Positions 8,468-17,192 of a stretch of 34,093 bases of DNA are shown one piece after another. The position numbers and the translations under genes are program-made. The first letter of the stretch is position 1; each line of letters starts with the position of its first letter. The DNA comes from Chloroflexia bacterium (GTDB taxonomy: Bacteria > Chloroflexota > Chloroflexia > Thermomicrobiales > JALYUS01): assembly GCA_025928215.1 (NCBI GenBank), contig JAICJW010000002.1, positions 1 to 34,093 on the forward strand, written 5' to 3'. The notes below the pieces were generated by a model. It worked only from the letters and a program-made list of their open reading frames with translations, searched no databases and had not been told where the DNA came from.

Positions 8468-10522
8468 TCAATCCCCGCCCCGTATCCCGCTATGGTAGGT
8501 CGGGGTACGGTTGCCGTCCGTGGGCGCGGATACGGTGGACCAGGTGAGGTGCTGAATGGCACGCTCCAATTCGGCGATGCGCCGTTCGAGCGCGGCCGTA
8601 TGGTCGTGTTGTGCGCGGTGCCAGTGCGCTGGCGGCAGCGCTCGAACGATCCGGTCGAGATGCCCGACCGCCTGATCGAGTGAGGCAATGCGCCCATCGT
8701 CATCCGGTGGCGCGGACGTGGACGAGAGTGTCTGCACCGCCTCCACGAGAGACGCCACCGAGCGTTCTAATGCGGCGATGCGTTCCTCATCATAGGCCGC
8801 GTGACCGTTCGGAGCGTACGCCGGCATCGCCATCGCGGGGGTGGGATCCGGTTCGCCATGTGGCTCCGCCATGCCCGGTGGTGGACCAAGGCGTTGCATG
8901 GTGGTCGCGGGCGGCAGCGATTCCGTGCGCTGTTCGGTTGCCAATTCCAGCGCCGGTGCCTGGCCTGCTGCGCGTTCCTCGTTCGGTTCGAGCGCGCGTT
9001 GGTGCGCCATCTGTCGCTTCAGGCTGTACCGCGGCAGCAGAAAACTGACGAGTACGGCAAGGACCGTTCCATAGGTCAGCAGTTTGAAGACATCACTCAC
9101 CGCATCCGTCCCGGAGAGGAGGGAGAGGTTGGTGGGCGGGCGGGCGCCGGATGCGGTGGCAGCCTGGACGAGACCCGAGGCATGGATCGTCGCCCGCTGC
9201 ACGAGGATCGTCGTCACGACCGCAGTGCCGATCGAAGAGAATATCTGCGCGGAGGCATTGTAGAGCGAGTTTGCTTTTGGCAGGGCGCGGCCAGTGATCG
9301 CGCCGATGGCGACGGTCTGGAGTGGCAGATTCGACCAACCGAAGCCGACGCCGCGCAGGAAGAGGATCGGCACGAAGAAGCGCACGCCACTGTCTGGCTT
9401 GACCGCGATCAACAGGAACGTCGCCCCGGCGAGGATCGCGAGGCCCGTCCCCGCAAGATAGCGCGGACCAATTCGGTCATAGAGGCGGCTGCCTGTCTGG
9501 ATGCCGATAATCGAGCCGATTCCTTGCGCCATCAGCACCAGGCCGGTATACACTGCGGTGTTGCCCTGGAACTGCTGCAAGAAGATCGGAATGAGCAGGA
9601 AGCTGCCGAAGACGATCCCGCGTACGACCCACGTCACGACCGACGCGATGCCGAAATCTCGCGTCGCGAAGAGGCGCAGATCGAGCACCGGGTCTTTGAC
9701 TACATAGAGTTCAAGCACCGCGAAGATGGCGAGCATGGCAATACCCGCCCCGAGCAGAACCCAGACGAGCCAGTACCCCCAGCCGTTGATGACGCCGTTC
9801 GGGTTCGCAGCGGTGATCGAGCCACTTCTGGTCTGGCTGACAACGACGAAGGCATACACGACAAGCACGACGCCGACAATCGAAAGGAACAAGCCGCTGT
9901 AATCGAAGCGGGCAGGCACCGTGCCAGGAGTCTCCTTCTTGTCCGGCCGGACGATCCGCGCGAGCAGGAAGAGGGTGATAATGCCGATGGGAACATTGAT
10001 GAAGAAGACCCCCGGCCATTTGATGCTGCTATCGGTAATCAGGCCGCCGACGGTCGGGCCGAGCGCGGGGGCGAAGAGGATCGGGATGGCGATCACAGCG
10101 GAACTCGCCGCCCGCTCCTCGGGCGGGAAGGCACCGAAGGCGATGCTTGCGCCGAGCGGAAAAAGCATCCCGCCGCCGATTCCTTGAATGAGCCGGAAGA
10201 CGATCAGAAGCGTCAATCCCGCGCTGCCACTCGCGAGATGCGGTGATAGCCCGCACAACAGACTGCCGATCGTGAAGAGGGAGAGCGCGAGCATGAAGAC
10301 GCGTTTAATCCCGAATCGGTTGCCGAAATAACCCGCTACCGGGATCACCGCCGCCTGAGCGAGAATATATCCCGTGACGATCCACTGAACACTATTGATG
10401 TTCGTCTTGAAATCCCGCTCCATTGAGACGAGCGCGACATTGACGATCGTCGAATCCAGCACGGCCATGAAGAGCGCGAGCGCGGCGGTCAAAGCGACGG
10501 CATATTTATATTGAATCTTCAA
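8468..10522 (-). CDS. MFS transporter, DHA2 (EmrB/QacA-like, 14-TMS) with a roughly 180-aa cytoplasmic C-terminal tail
   Basis: N-terminus LALFMAVLDSTIVNVALVSMERDF...WIVTGYILAQAAVIPVAGYFGNRFGIKRVF is typical of DHA2. There are many hydrophobic spans up to about residue 500, followed by a Pro/Ala-rich tail carrying three helical repeats. Confidence 0.85.
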   Translation of the reverse strand: MKIQYKYAVALTAALALFMAVLDSTIVNVALVSMERDFKTNINSVQWIVTGYILAQAAVIPVAGYFGNRFGIKRVFMLALSLFTIGSLLCGLSPHLASGSAGLTLLIVFRLIQGIGGGMLFPLGASIAFGAFPPEERAASSAVIAIPILFAPALGPTVGGLITDSSIKWPGVFFINVPIGIITLFLLARIVRPDKKETPGTVPARFDYSGLFLSIVGVVLVVYAFVVVSQTRSGSITAANPNGVINGWGYWLVWVLLGAGIAMLAIFAVLELYVVKDPVLDLRLFATRDFGIASVVTWVVRGIVFGSFLLIPIFLQQFQGNTAVYTGLVLMAQGIGSIIGIQTGSRLYDRIGPRYLAGTGLAILAGATFLLIAVKPDSGVRFFVPILFLRGVGFGWSNLPLQTVAIGAITGRALPKANSLYNASAQIFSSIGTAVVTTILVQRATIHASGLVQAATASGARPPTNLSLLSGTDAVSDVFKLLTYGTVLAVLVSFLLPRYSLKRQMAHQRALEPNEERAAGQAPALELATEQRTESLPPATTMQRLGPPPGMAEPHGEPDPTPAMAMPAYAPNGHAAYDEERIAALERSVASLVEAVQTLSSTSAPPDDDGRIASLDQAVGHLDRIVRALPPAHWHRAQHDHTAALERRIAELERAIQHLTWSTVSAPTDGNRTPTYHSGIRGGD

Positions 10523-10689
10523 CAGGGCTGAGTCCTTTCATTCGGTTCGGGATTCTCGCGGATGCGCCACGCACGCTCAAAGAGAGCAAAAAGCAGATCA
10601 TCTCTATTCATAAAAGTGCTACGTTAAAACCCGGTTGGATATTCCAGCAACGTGGCGGGTATGATAGGCGGTAGGGAAGGAGGTCAGCG

Positions 10690-11298
10690 GTGTATCGCTC
10701 GGAGAACTATCCCGTGGATACGGTGGCGGTCGCGGCGTTCGTAGCCAGTCAGCGGCATGGATATCTGATCGCGACGCCGCCCGGCGGCCATCCGCAGGTG
10801 AGTATCCTGCCCTTTGTGAAAACGGGCGACGAGATTGAACTGCATTGCGTCCAGGACGACCCGACGTTCGCCGCTGTGCGGGCGAATCCGCGCGTCACAT
10901 TTTTTGTCTCCGACTTTCTCGCCGCATCGCGCCATGAGTGGGTGGATCCGCGGGATGCCGCCCGCGCCACGCTCAACTTCCGTGCGGTCTCGTTCCTGTG
11001 CGAGGCGACGACCTCCACCGACCCGGCACACGTCGCTGCCGCGCTCGCCCGATTGCTCGCGGCCTATGAGCCGGACGCGACGTATGAACCGATTGTGGAC
11101 GGTGACTTCTATGGTCCGCGCATCCGACGGCTGGCGACGATCCGCCTGCGCATCGTGGAAACCGACGCCAAGTTCAAGGTTGGCCCCGCCGCGCCGGTGG
11201 ACGTGAAACGGCGTGTCGTCGCCGGTCTGCGGTCGCGTGGCGAACCGGGCGACGGCCGCGCCGCTGACGTAATCGCGGCGACATTGCCCGAAGAATAA
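10690..11298 (+). CDS. FMN-binding split-barrel protein, PaiB-like
   Basis: 202 aa. GTG start preceded by GGAAGGAGG. Layout resembles the PaiB/FMN_bind_2 family (N-terminal barrel, C-terminal ...AKFKVGPAAP... where PaiB has KFKLSQN). Assignment is from memory of the family pattern. Confidence 0.6.
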   Translation: MYRSENYPVDTVAVAAFVASQRHGYLIATPPGGHPQVSILPFVKTGDEIELHCVQDDPTFAAVRANPRVTFFVSDFLAASRHEWVDPRDAARATLNFRAVSFLCEATTSTDPAHVAAALARLLAAYEPDATYEPIVDGDFYGPRIRRLATIRLRIVETDAKFKVGPAAPVDVKRRVVAGLRSRGEPGDGRAADVIAATLPEE

Positions 11299-11308
11299 TT
11301 GTCTATCT

Positions 11309-11378
11309 CCCCTCTCCATCGCCGTCGTGCTCTTGCATTATCGAAGCGTCGCGGCGATGGGGAGGGGCGGGGGTGAGG
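11309..11378. repeat. G-rich palindromic intergenic element (imperfect hairpin) between the paiB-like and GNAT genes
   Basis: CCCCTCTCCATCGCCG ... CGGCGATGGGGAGGGG (one mismatch, 27-nt loop), followed by CGGGGGTGAGG. The right arm GATGGGGAGGGGCGGGGGTGAGG closely resembles GATGGAGAGGGGGTCGGGGGGTGAGG at 14958-14983. Confidence 0.45.
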
Positions 11379-11385
11379 AAAAACG

Positions 11386-12078
11386 ATGACCGTACCATCG
11401 CAGACCGGTGCGCCGCTCTCCGCCGATGTGCTCGCCCGGCGCGCGGCACTGCCGGTGAAGTTCGCACCGGTTACGCTGGTGGGATCGTGTGTCCGGCTCG
11501 AGCCGCTCGACATCGAGCGCGACGTGGAAGCGCTTTACGCCGTATCGAATGGGCAACCCGCGCGGCTCGGTGACCGCGAGATTCCGGCATATGACGCGGA
11601 CGCGCTGGTCTGGCGATACATGCCGGTCGGGCCATTCGCGGACGTGGACGCGATGCGCGCGGCGCTGCGGGCGCAGGTAGACGCCCCGAATGGCCTCTGC
11701 CTCTGTGTTTTCAATCAACCGACCGGGCGGCAAGTCGGCGCGGTCAATTTCATGACGAATATGCCGGAACACCTCAAGGTTGAACTCGGCAGCATCTGGT
11801 ATAGCCCGCTCGTCCAGCGGACGAAGACGAGCCTGGAGACGACGTACTTGATGCTCGCGCATGCCTTCGCGCGTGGCTATCGGCGCGTCGAGTGGAAATG
11901 CGATGCCTTCAACGAACGTTCGCGGCGCTCGGCCCTGCGAATGGGCTTCCAATTCGAGGGCATCCAGCAGGCGCACTACATCGTCAAGGGCCGTAACCGC
12001 GATACCGCCTGGTTCCGGATCCTCGACGACGAATGGCCCGCAGTGAAAGCGCGTCTGGACGCATTGCTCAAAGCGTAA
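11386..12078 (+). CDS. GNAT family N-acetyltransferase (RimJ/RimL-like, Acetyltransf_3 type)
   Basis: 230 aa. VRLEPLDIERDVEAL..., then YRRVEWKCDAFNERSRRSALRMGFQFEGIQQAHYIVKGRNRDTAWF, typical of this GNAT subgroup. GAGGA lies 6 nt upstream of the ATG. Confidence 0.85.
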   Translation: MTVPSQTGAPLSADVLARRAALPVKFAPVTLVGSCVRLEPLDIERDVEALYAVSNGQPARLGDREIPAYDADALVWRYMPVGPFADVDAMRAALRAQVDAPNGLCLCVFNQPTGRQVGAVNFMTNMPEHLKVELGSIWYSPLVQRTKTSLETTYLMLAHAFARGYRRVEWKCDAFNERSRRSALRMGFQFEGIQQAHYIVKGRNRDTAWFRILDDEWPAVKARLDALLKA

Positions 12079-12181
12079 GAGCCACGTTCAAACCGCCAAG
12101 ATGCGAAGAGCGACAGGAAGGGAAGGAAAGAGCAATGCGACGCCTTCTGCCGATTGGCGCTCTTGGCCGTTCGCTTTCCAT

Positions 12182-12607
12182 TCAGCGGTTGCGGCCGCGT
12201 TGCCGACGGCGGTCTTGCTTGATTTGCCAAATGCGGCGGCGGATGCCCTGGAATGGGCCATCGCGCGGCGGCAGGTCAATGATCTGACCGCGCCAGTGTG
12301 CGTCCTCGTTGCGCGAGTCGGTCGGGCGATAGACAACCGGCACGAAGAAGAGGACGACCGCTACGAGCACCAGTACGGCGGCGGGATTCGGCGCGGTCGT
12401 GTGGAGAATGAAGGCGAAGATGGCAACCGCGAGGCTGGCAACCATCCAACCGATCCCTCCCAGCCGCTCCCACATCCGGCTGGGTGAGGCGCGATGGCGT
12501 GCCTTATCGAGGTTCCGCCGCGCCCGCGCGACGCGTTCCCGGCCCCGATGCTCCCGTTCCTTGCGTTCGACCAGTTCGAGTATCTCTCGCTCATAACGAC
12601 GTGTCAT
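12182..12607 (-). CDS. hypothetical membrane protein (charged N-terminal helix, two TM spans, basic C-terminus)
   Basis: 141 aa. The charged stretch MTRRYEREILELVERKEREHRGRE is followed by GIGWMVASLAVAIFAFILH and AAVLVLVAVVLFFVPVV. Strong G/C third-position bias, unlike the overlapping plus-strand ORF. No family recognised. Confidence 0.5.
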   Translation of the reverse strand: MTRRYEREILELVERKEREHRGRERVARARRNLDKARHRASPSRMWERLGGIGWMVASLAVAIFAFILHTTAPNPAAVLVLVAVVLFFVPVVYRPTDSRNEDAHWRGQIIDLPPRDGPFQGIRRRIWQIKQDRRRQRGRNR

Positions 12608-13011
12608 GGTCGTACTCCGCTTACGAAGCCCGATTATCCCTCGTCGGTGGCGAATGCTGCGGAGAAGAAAGCCGAATTACCTGCCGCAGTTTCCGTCCCT
12701 GTGATGCTGACACCCCGATTGTACCGTACCTGTTCCCTCCCGACAATGCTTTTGCCCCAATGACTCGCTCATATTCGCACATCGCTTGTACGTACATATC
12801 AGCCGCCCGCAGCCCGCTGCTTGACATGAAACCGCCGATTCGATAGCGTAGCAGGGCGTGGTAAACAGCAAAACCAGACGATGTATGGATCTCGAAGCGG
12901 TGAAGCGAACAATTCTTCGTCCGCGTGGATACCCGGGTTGCGTTGCAGGCCGTGGTCATAGGACATCGTGGTGGGTTCGCGATCGTTGCGGATGCAGAAG
13001 GAGGCTGGCAA

Positions 13012-14925
13012 ATGTGGTATGCGGGGAAACCGGCGCAGCGTGGGCCGCTTGGCGGGTTGATCGTCTCCCTGTTCCTCTTGCCGATGGCGCTCGCCGCCTG
13101 CGGCGGGAGCGCCGCAACGGACACCCCGAAACCGCAAGCGACGACTGCGCCAACCGCCGCGGCATCCACGAGTGCGCCAGCCACAGCGGCACCACCCCTC
13201 GCCGCGAATGCTGCAAGCGTTGCCGCCCCGACTGGCACGGCTGCGGCATCCTCCGCGACAAGTGGCACGGCAGCTCCGCAGGCGAGCGGCGCGGGCTTCG
13301 GCACGCCGCTAACGACGAAGCGCGGTGAGGGCGGCACACTCCATCTGCTCTGGTGGCAGGCCCCGACGATCCTGAATATCCACACGTCAAATGGGACGAA
13401 GGATCAAGATGCTGCCTCCATCGTCACTGAACCATTGGCACGTATCGGTTCGGGGGCGACCATCCCCAATATCCCGATCCTCGCCAAAGAGATTCCCTCC
13501 GCGCAAAATGGCGAGATCTCCGCCGATTACACGACAGTGACGTGGAAACTGAAAGACGGTGTCACATGGTCGGACGGTCAGCCGTTCACCGCTGATGACG
13601 TCGTCTACACCTGGCAGTGGATCACGAAGCCAGAAAATGGTTCGACCTCAACGGCGCTGTACTCGGACATCGCCACGGTCGAGGCGATGGACAAGACGAC
13701 GGTAAAGATCACTTTCAAGGCTCCTGCCGCTGCGTGGTTCATCCCATTTGTCGGCGATGGCGGGGAGATCATCCCGAAGCATGTCCTGGAGACATGCCCG
13801 GACACGAAGAATTGCCCATTCAATACCAGCCCGATCGGCACCGGCCCCTATGTCGTTACCGATTTCAAGCCCGGCGACACGGTGTTGTACAAGGCGAACG
13901 ACAAGTTTCGCGAGCCGAACGCGCCGTACTTCGCCACCGTCGAGATGAAAGGCGGCGGCGACGCGGTCACGGCGGCAAAGGCGGTCCAGACCGGCCAGGC
14001 GGATTTTGCCTGGAATCTGACCGTCACACCGGAAGTGATTAAGCAGCTGCAAGACGCGGGCAAGACGGTCGCGACACCGACCGGCTTCTACGTCGAGCAA
14101 CTTGAATTGAACATGGCCGATCCACGCAACGAAGTGGACGGTGAACTCTCCAGTGCGAAGTCGAAGAATCCGTATTTCTCCGATCCACTCGTCCGGCAGG
14201 CATTCGCGTATGTCGTGGATCGTGAGTCCATTGCCAAGAATCTCTGGGGGCCTGGCGGTGTCGCCGGAAATACGCTGATCCCCATCGTACGTGGCGACAA
14301 AGGCCCGGCGTGGAGTTATGACCTGAAGAAAGCGGGCGACCTGCTCGATCAGGCGGGGTGGAAGAAGGGGGCGGACGGTATCCGCGAGAAGAACGGCGTC
14401 AAAATGAACATGACGGCGCGCTCGTCCGTCGTCCCACAGCGCGACAAGGAACTGCAGGTCATCAAAGAGAGCCTGAAGCAACTCGGCATCAACCTCGATA
14501 TCAAGTCCGTGGATGCTTCCGTCTTCTTCGGGCGGCCTGATAACCCGGATTCAGCCGTTCGTTTCACGGTGGACATCAACATGCTCGCGACCGGTTCGTC
14601 TAAGCCCGATCCACAGGCCACCTTCGAGGGCTTCACGAGTGCGCAACTGCCATCGAAAGCGAACAACTGGGGACTCGCGAATATCAACCGCTGGTCGGAC
14701 CCAAAGTACGATCAGATGTACGACCAGTACAAGCGAGAACTCGATCCGGAGAAGCGCAAAGCGACGGCGATTCAGCTCGATAACTATATCCTCGCCGCCG
14801 GGATTCGCGTGCCGATGATTATTCGCAACGATGTCTACGCGACGCGCCCGGACCTCATCAATGTTGAGTATTCGCCCTTCTCGTCCGAGGCGTGGAATAT
14901 CGGCCATTGGACGCTGAAGAAGTAA
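13012..14925 (+). CDS. ABC transporter substrate-binding lipoprotein, family 5 (peptide/nickel/opine type), copy 1
   Basis: ORF trimmed to ATG 13012, which has GAAGGAGG 7 nt upstream. Signal peptide with lipobox LAAC, then an Ala/Thr/Ser-rich tether. SBP_bac_5 hallmarks: VTWKLKDGVTWSDGQPFTADDVVYTW and GTGPYVVTDFKPGD. Confidence 0.85.
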   Translation: MWYAGKPAQRGPLGGLIVSLFLLPMALAACGGSAATDTPKPQATTAPTAAASTSAPATAAPPLAANAASVAAPTGTAAASSATSGTAAPQASGAGFGTPLTTKRGEGGTLHLLWWQAPTILNIHTSNGTKDQDAASIVTEPLARIGSGATIPNIPILAKEIPSAQNGEISADYTTVTWKLKDGVTWSDGQPFTADDVVYTWQWITKPENGSTSTALYSDIATVEAMDKTTVKITFKAPAAAWFIPFVGDGGEIIPKHVLETCPDTKNCPFNTSPIGTGPYVVTDFKPGDTVLYKANDKFREPNAPYFATVEMKGGGDAVTAAKAVQTGQADFAWNLTVTPEVIKQLQDAGKTVATPTGFYVEQLELNMADPRNEVDGELSSAKSKNPYFSDPLVRQAFAYVVDRESIAKNLWGPGGVAGNTLIPIVRGDKGPAWSYDLKKAGDLLDQAGWKKGADGIREKNGVKMNMTARSSVVPQRDKELQVIKESLKQLGINLDIKSVDASVFFGRPDNPDSAVRFTVDINMLATGSSKPDPQATFEGFTSAQLPSKANNWGLANINRWSDPKYDQMYDQYKRELDPEKRKATAIQLDNYILAAGIRVPMIIRNDVYATRPDLINVEYSPFSSEAWNIGHWTLKK

Positions 14926-14928
14926 GTG

Positions 14929-14985
14929 AACCTCACCCCCGACCCCCTCGCCATTGTGATGGAGAGGGGGTCGGGGGGTGAGGTT
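14929..14985. repeat. G-rich palindromic intergenic element / possible terminator after SBP copy 1
   Basis: AACCTCACCCCCGACCCCCTC-(14 nt)-GAGGGGGTCGGGGGGTGAGGTT: a 21-bp stem with one bulged G, starting 4 nt after the stop codon. No U-tract. Confidence 0.5.
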
Positions 14986-15067
14986 GTACACCTGCGCGAA
15001 TTGTTAAAAGGATGTATACTCACCCGCAGTTAACCCATATGTCGTTCAAATCAAGGGAGGAGAGAGG

Positions 15068-16996
15068 ATGCGCGCCAAGTTTCGCTCACCTGTACCACGG
15101 CCCCTCGGTTTGCTTGCGGTACTCTGTATGGCATTGCCACTTGCGCTCGCCGCCTGCGGTGGTACCACGACAGCCACGAACACACCCGCGGGGAAGGCTA
15201 CAACAGGTAGCGCCCCAACGAGTGCCAGCAGCGCGGCAACGACCGCACCGACGACGGCGAGCAGCGCGAATACGGCCGCCACGCAACCCCCGGCGAGTGG
15301 CTCCGCCGTCAGTAGCGCATCCGGTAGCGCGACGAGTGCCACGAAACCGGCCGGTACCGCCAATCCTGTCACGAATCTGACCCTCCCCGCCGATTCCAAG
15401 CGCGGAGCGGGCGGCACCCTGCGTTTGCTCTGGTGGCAGGCACCGACCGTCCTCAATTCGCAGATCGCCCAGGGGACGAAGGATTATGACGCCTCCCGGC
15501 TCGTCGAGGAGCCACTCGCCACGCTGACGAATTCCGCGGTTACGCCTGATGTCCCGGTGCTGGCGAAGGAGATACCCTCCACCGCTAACGGCGAACTGGC
15601 GGCGGATGGCACGAGCGTGACCTGGAAGCTGAAGAGCGGCGTCGTCTGGTCGGACGGCCAGCCCTTCACGGCGGACGACGTCGTCTTCACCTGGAAATGG
15701 GAGATGGACCCAAAGAACGGCGGTACGAACGTCACGCACTACGATTTGATCAAGGATGCCACCGCCATTGATCCGACGACCGTCAAGATCACCTTCAATG
15801 CCCCGACACCTGTCTGGTATCTGCCGTTCGTTGGCAGTGAGGGCGCGGTTCTGCCGCAACATATTCTGAAGGATTGCCCGATCGTCGCGCAATGCGCGTA
15901 CAATCAGAAGCCGATCGGCACCGGCCCATTCGTCGTCACCGATTTCGCCCCCGGTGACCATGTATCGTACGTCGCGAATGACAAATTTCGCGAGCCGAAC
16001 GCTCCCTGGTATGCCAAAGTTGACCTGAAGGGTGGCGGCGATGCGGTGACGGCGGTGAAGGCCGTGTAGACCGGGCAGGAAGACTACGCCTGGAACCCGC
16101 AGGTCGAGCCGTCAATCCTCAAGCAGTTCCAGGACAGCGGCAACACGCTCGAAGTCATCAAGGGCGCGAGCGTCGAGAAGATCTACGTCAACTTCGCTGA
16201 CCCCAGCAAAGAGGTGAATGGCGAGAAGAGCAGCCCGCAGAGTAAAAGCCCCTTCTGGCAGGACAAGAACGTCCGCCAGGCGCTCGCCCTCGCCATTGAT
16301 CGTAAGGCGATGGCAGAGAATCTCTATGGCGCGGGTGGCAGCGCGACGAATACGGTCATCCCTACGATCTGGGAGGGGCTGCCCTGGCAATACGATCCGA
16401 AGCAAGCGAACGCATTGCTCGACGCCGCCGGCTGGAAGATGGGCAGTGACGGTATCCGAGCGAAAGATGGGGTCTCGTTCTCGATCACTTTCCGCACTTC
16501 AGTGAACGCGGTGCGCGATAAGGAATCGCAACTCATCAAAAACAATCTCAAGGCAATCGGCATCAATGTGGACCTGCGCCCCGTGGACGCCGGCGTCTTC
16601 TTCGGCCTCCCCGATAACCCGGACAACCTCGCACGCTTCGAGACGAACCTCGAAATGTACACGAACGGTGCCTCGTTCCCGGACGTTCAATCGCTCCAGG
16701 CGACCTATACCTCCGACCAAATCGCCCAGAAGTCGAATGGTTGGAAAGGGACGCAGGTAATGCGCTGGACGAACCCCGAGTATGACCAGACGATTAAGGA
16801 GATGACGACAACGCTCGATCCGGCGAAGCGCCTCGAGCTGTTCAAGAAAGCGGACTCGATCCTGATGGGAGACTATGCGGTTATTCCTCTCGTGGCGCGG
16901 GCCGGGCTGGCGTGCTACACGAAGGGGCTGACGGGCGTCAATCTCACCTCCTGGGATTCCGACCTCTGGAACACCGCCCACTGGGCGAAGCCGTAA
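15068..16996 (+). pseudogene. family 5 ABC substrate-binding lipoprotein, copy 2, interrupted by an in-frame TAG
   Basis: ORFs 15068..16069 and 16214..16996 share one frame. The segment between them also reads as SBP sequence (TGQEDYAWNPQVEPSILKQFQDSGNTLEVIKGASVEKIYVNFADPSKEV). TAG at 16067-16069 replaces the Gln of AVQTGQ seen in copy 1 (CAG to TAG). Lipobox LAAC is present. Confidence 0.75.
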
Positions 16997-17014
16997 GCGG
17001 ATGAACCGATCCTC

Positions 17015-17044
17015 AGCCCCCTCCCTGGGAGGGGGCTTTCTCTT
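17015..17044 (+). terminator. intrinsic terminator after SBP copy 2
   Basis: AGCCCCCTC-cctgg-GAGGGGGCT followed by TTCTCTT, starting 16 nt after the stop at 16996. Confidence 0.55.
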
Positions 17045-17126
17045 GGGCAATTTCCCCTTCGGCCCGAAATATGCGATAACAAATGCCCGCTGGGTCGGGC
17101 GTACGGGCGACTGTATGCACGGCGCG

Positions 17127-17184
17127 CGGACGGTCTATTTCCGTTATTGGAAGGGCGGACGGTCTATTTCCGTTATTGGAAGGG
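17127..17184 (+). repeat. perfect 29-bp tandem duplication directly upstream of SBP copy 3
   Basis: CGGACGGTCTATTTCCGTTATTGGAAGGG occurs twice back to back (17127-17155, 17156-17184). The second copy ends 8 nt before ATG 17193, so its GGAAGGG doubles as the likely RBS. Confidence 0.9.
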
Positions 17185-17192
17185 GTGTGTGC

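Noticed and set aside
8801-10246. 481-aa plus-strand ORF antisense to the DHA2 MFS gene
   Set aside because: The product is highly charged (Arg/Asp/Glu-rich) with no motifs, while the opposite strand gives a coherent 14-TMS transporter.
12677-12871. 64-aa Cys-rich minus-strand ORF in the long spacer upstream of SBP copy 1
   Set aside because: No RBS, mixed codon bias, and no regular Cys spacing suggestive of a peptide family. Probably chance, so not reported as a gene.
16067-16069. TAG as a programmed recoding site (pyrrolysine or suppressor read-through)
   Set aside because: No pyl genes or suppressor tRNA are visible in the window, and the paralogs simply have Gln/Ile here. A nonsense mutation or sequencing error is more parsimonious, though this cannot be excluded without genome-wide data.
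17127-17184. Possibility that the direct repeats here (or the heptamers at 5922-5980) represent a CRISPR array
   Set aside because: There are only two abutting units with no spacers (or 7-nt units arranged as an inverted repeat), and no cas genes are in the window.
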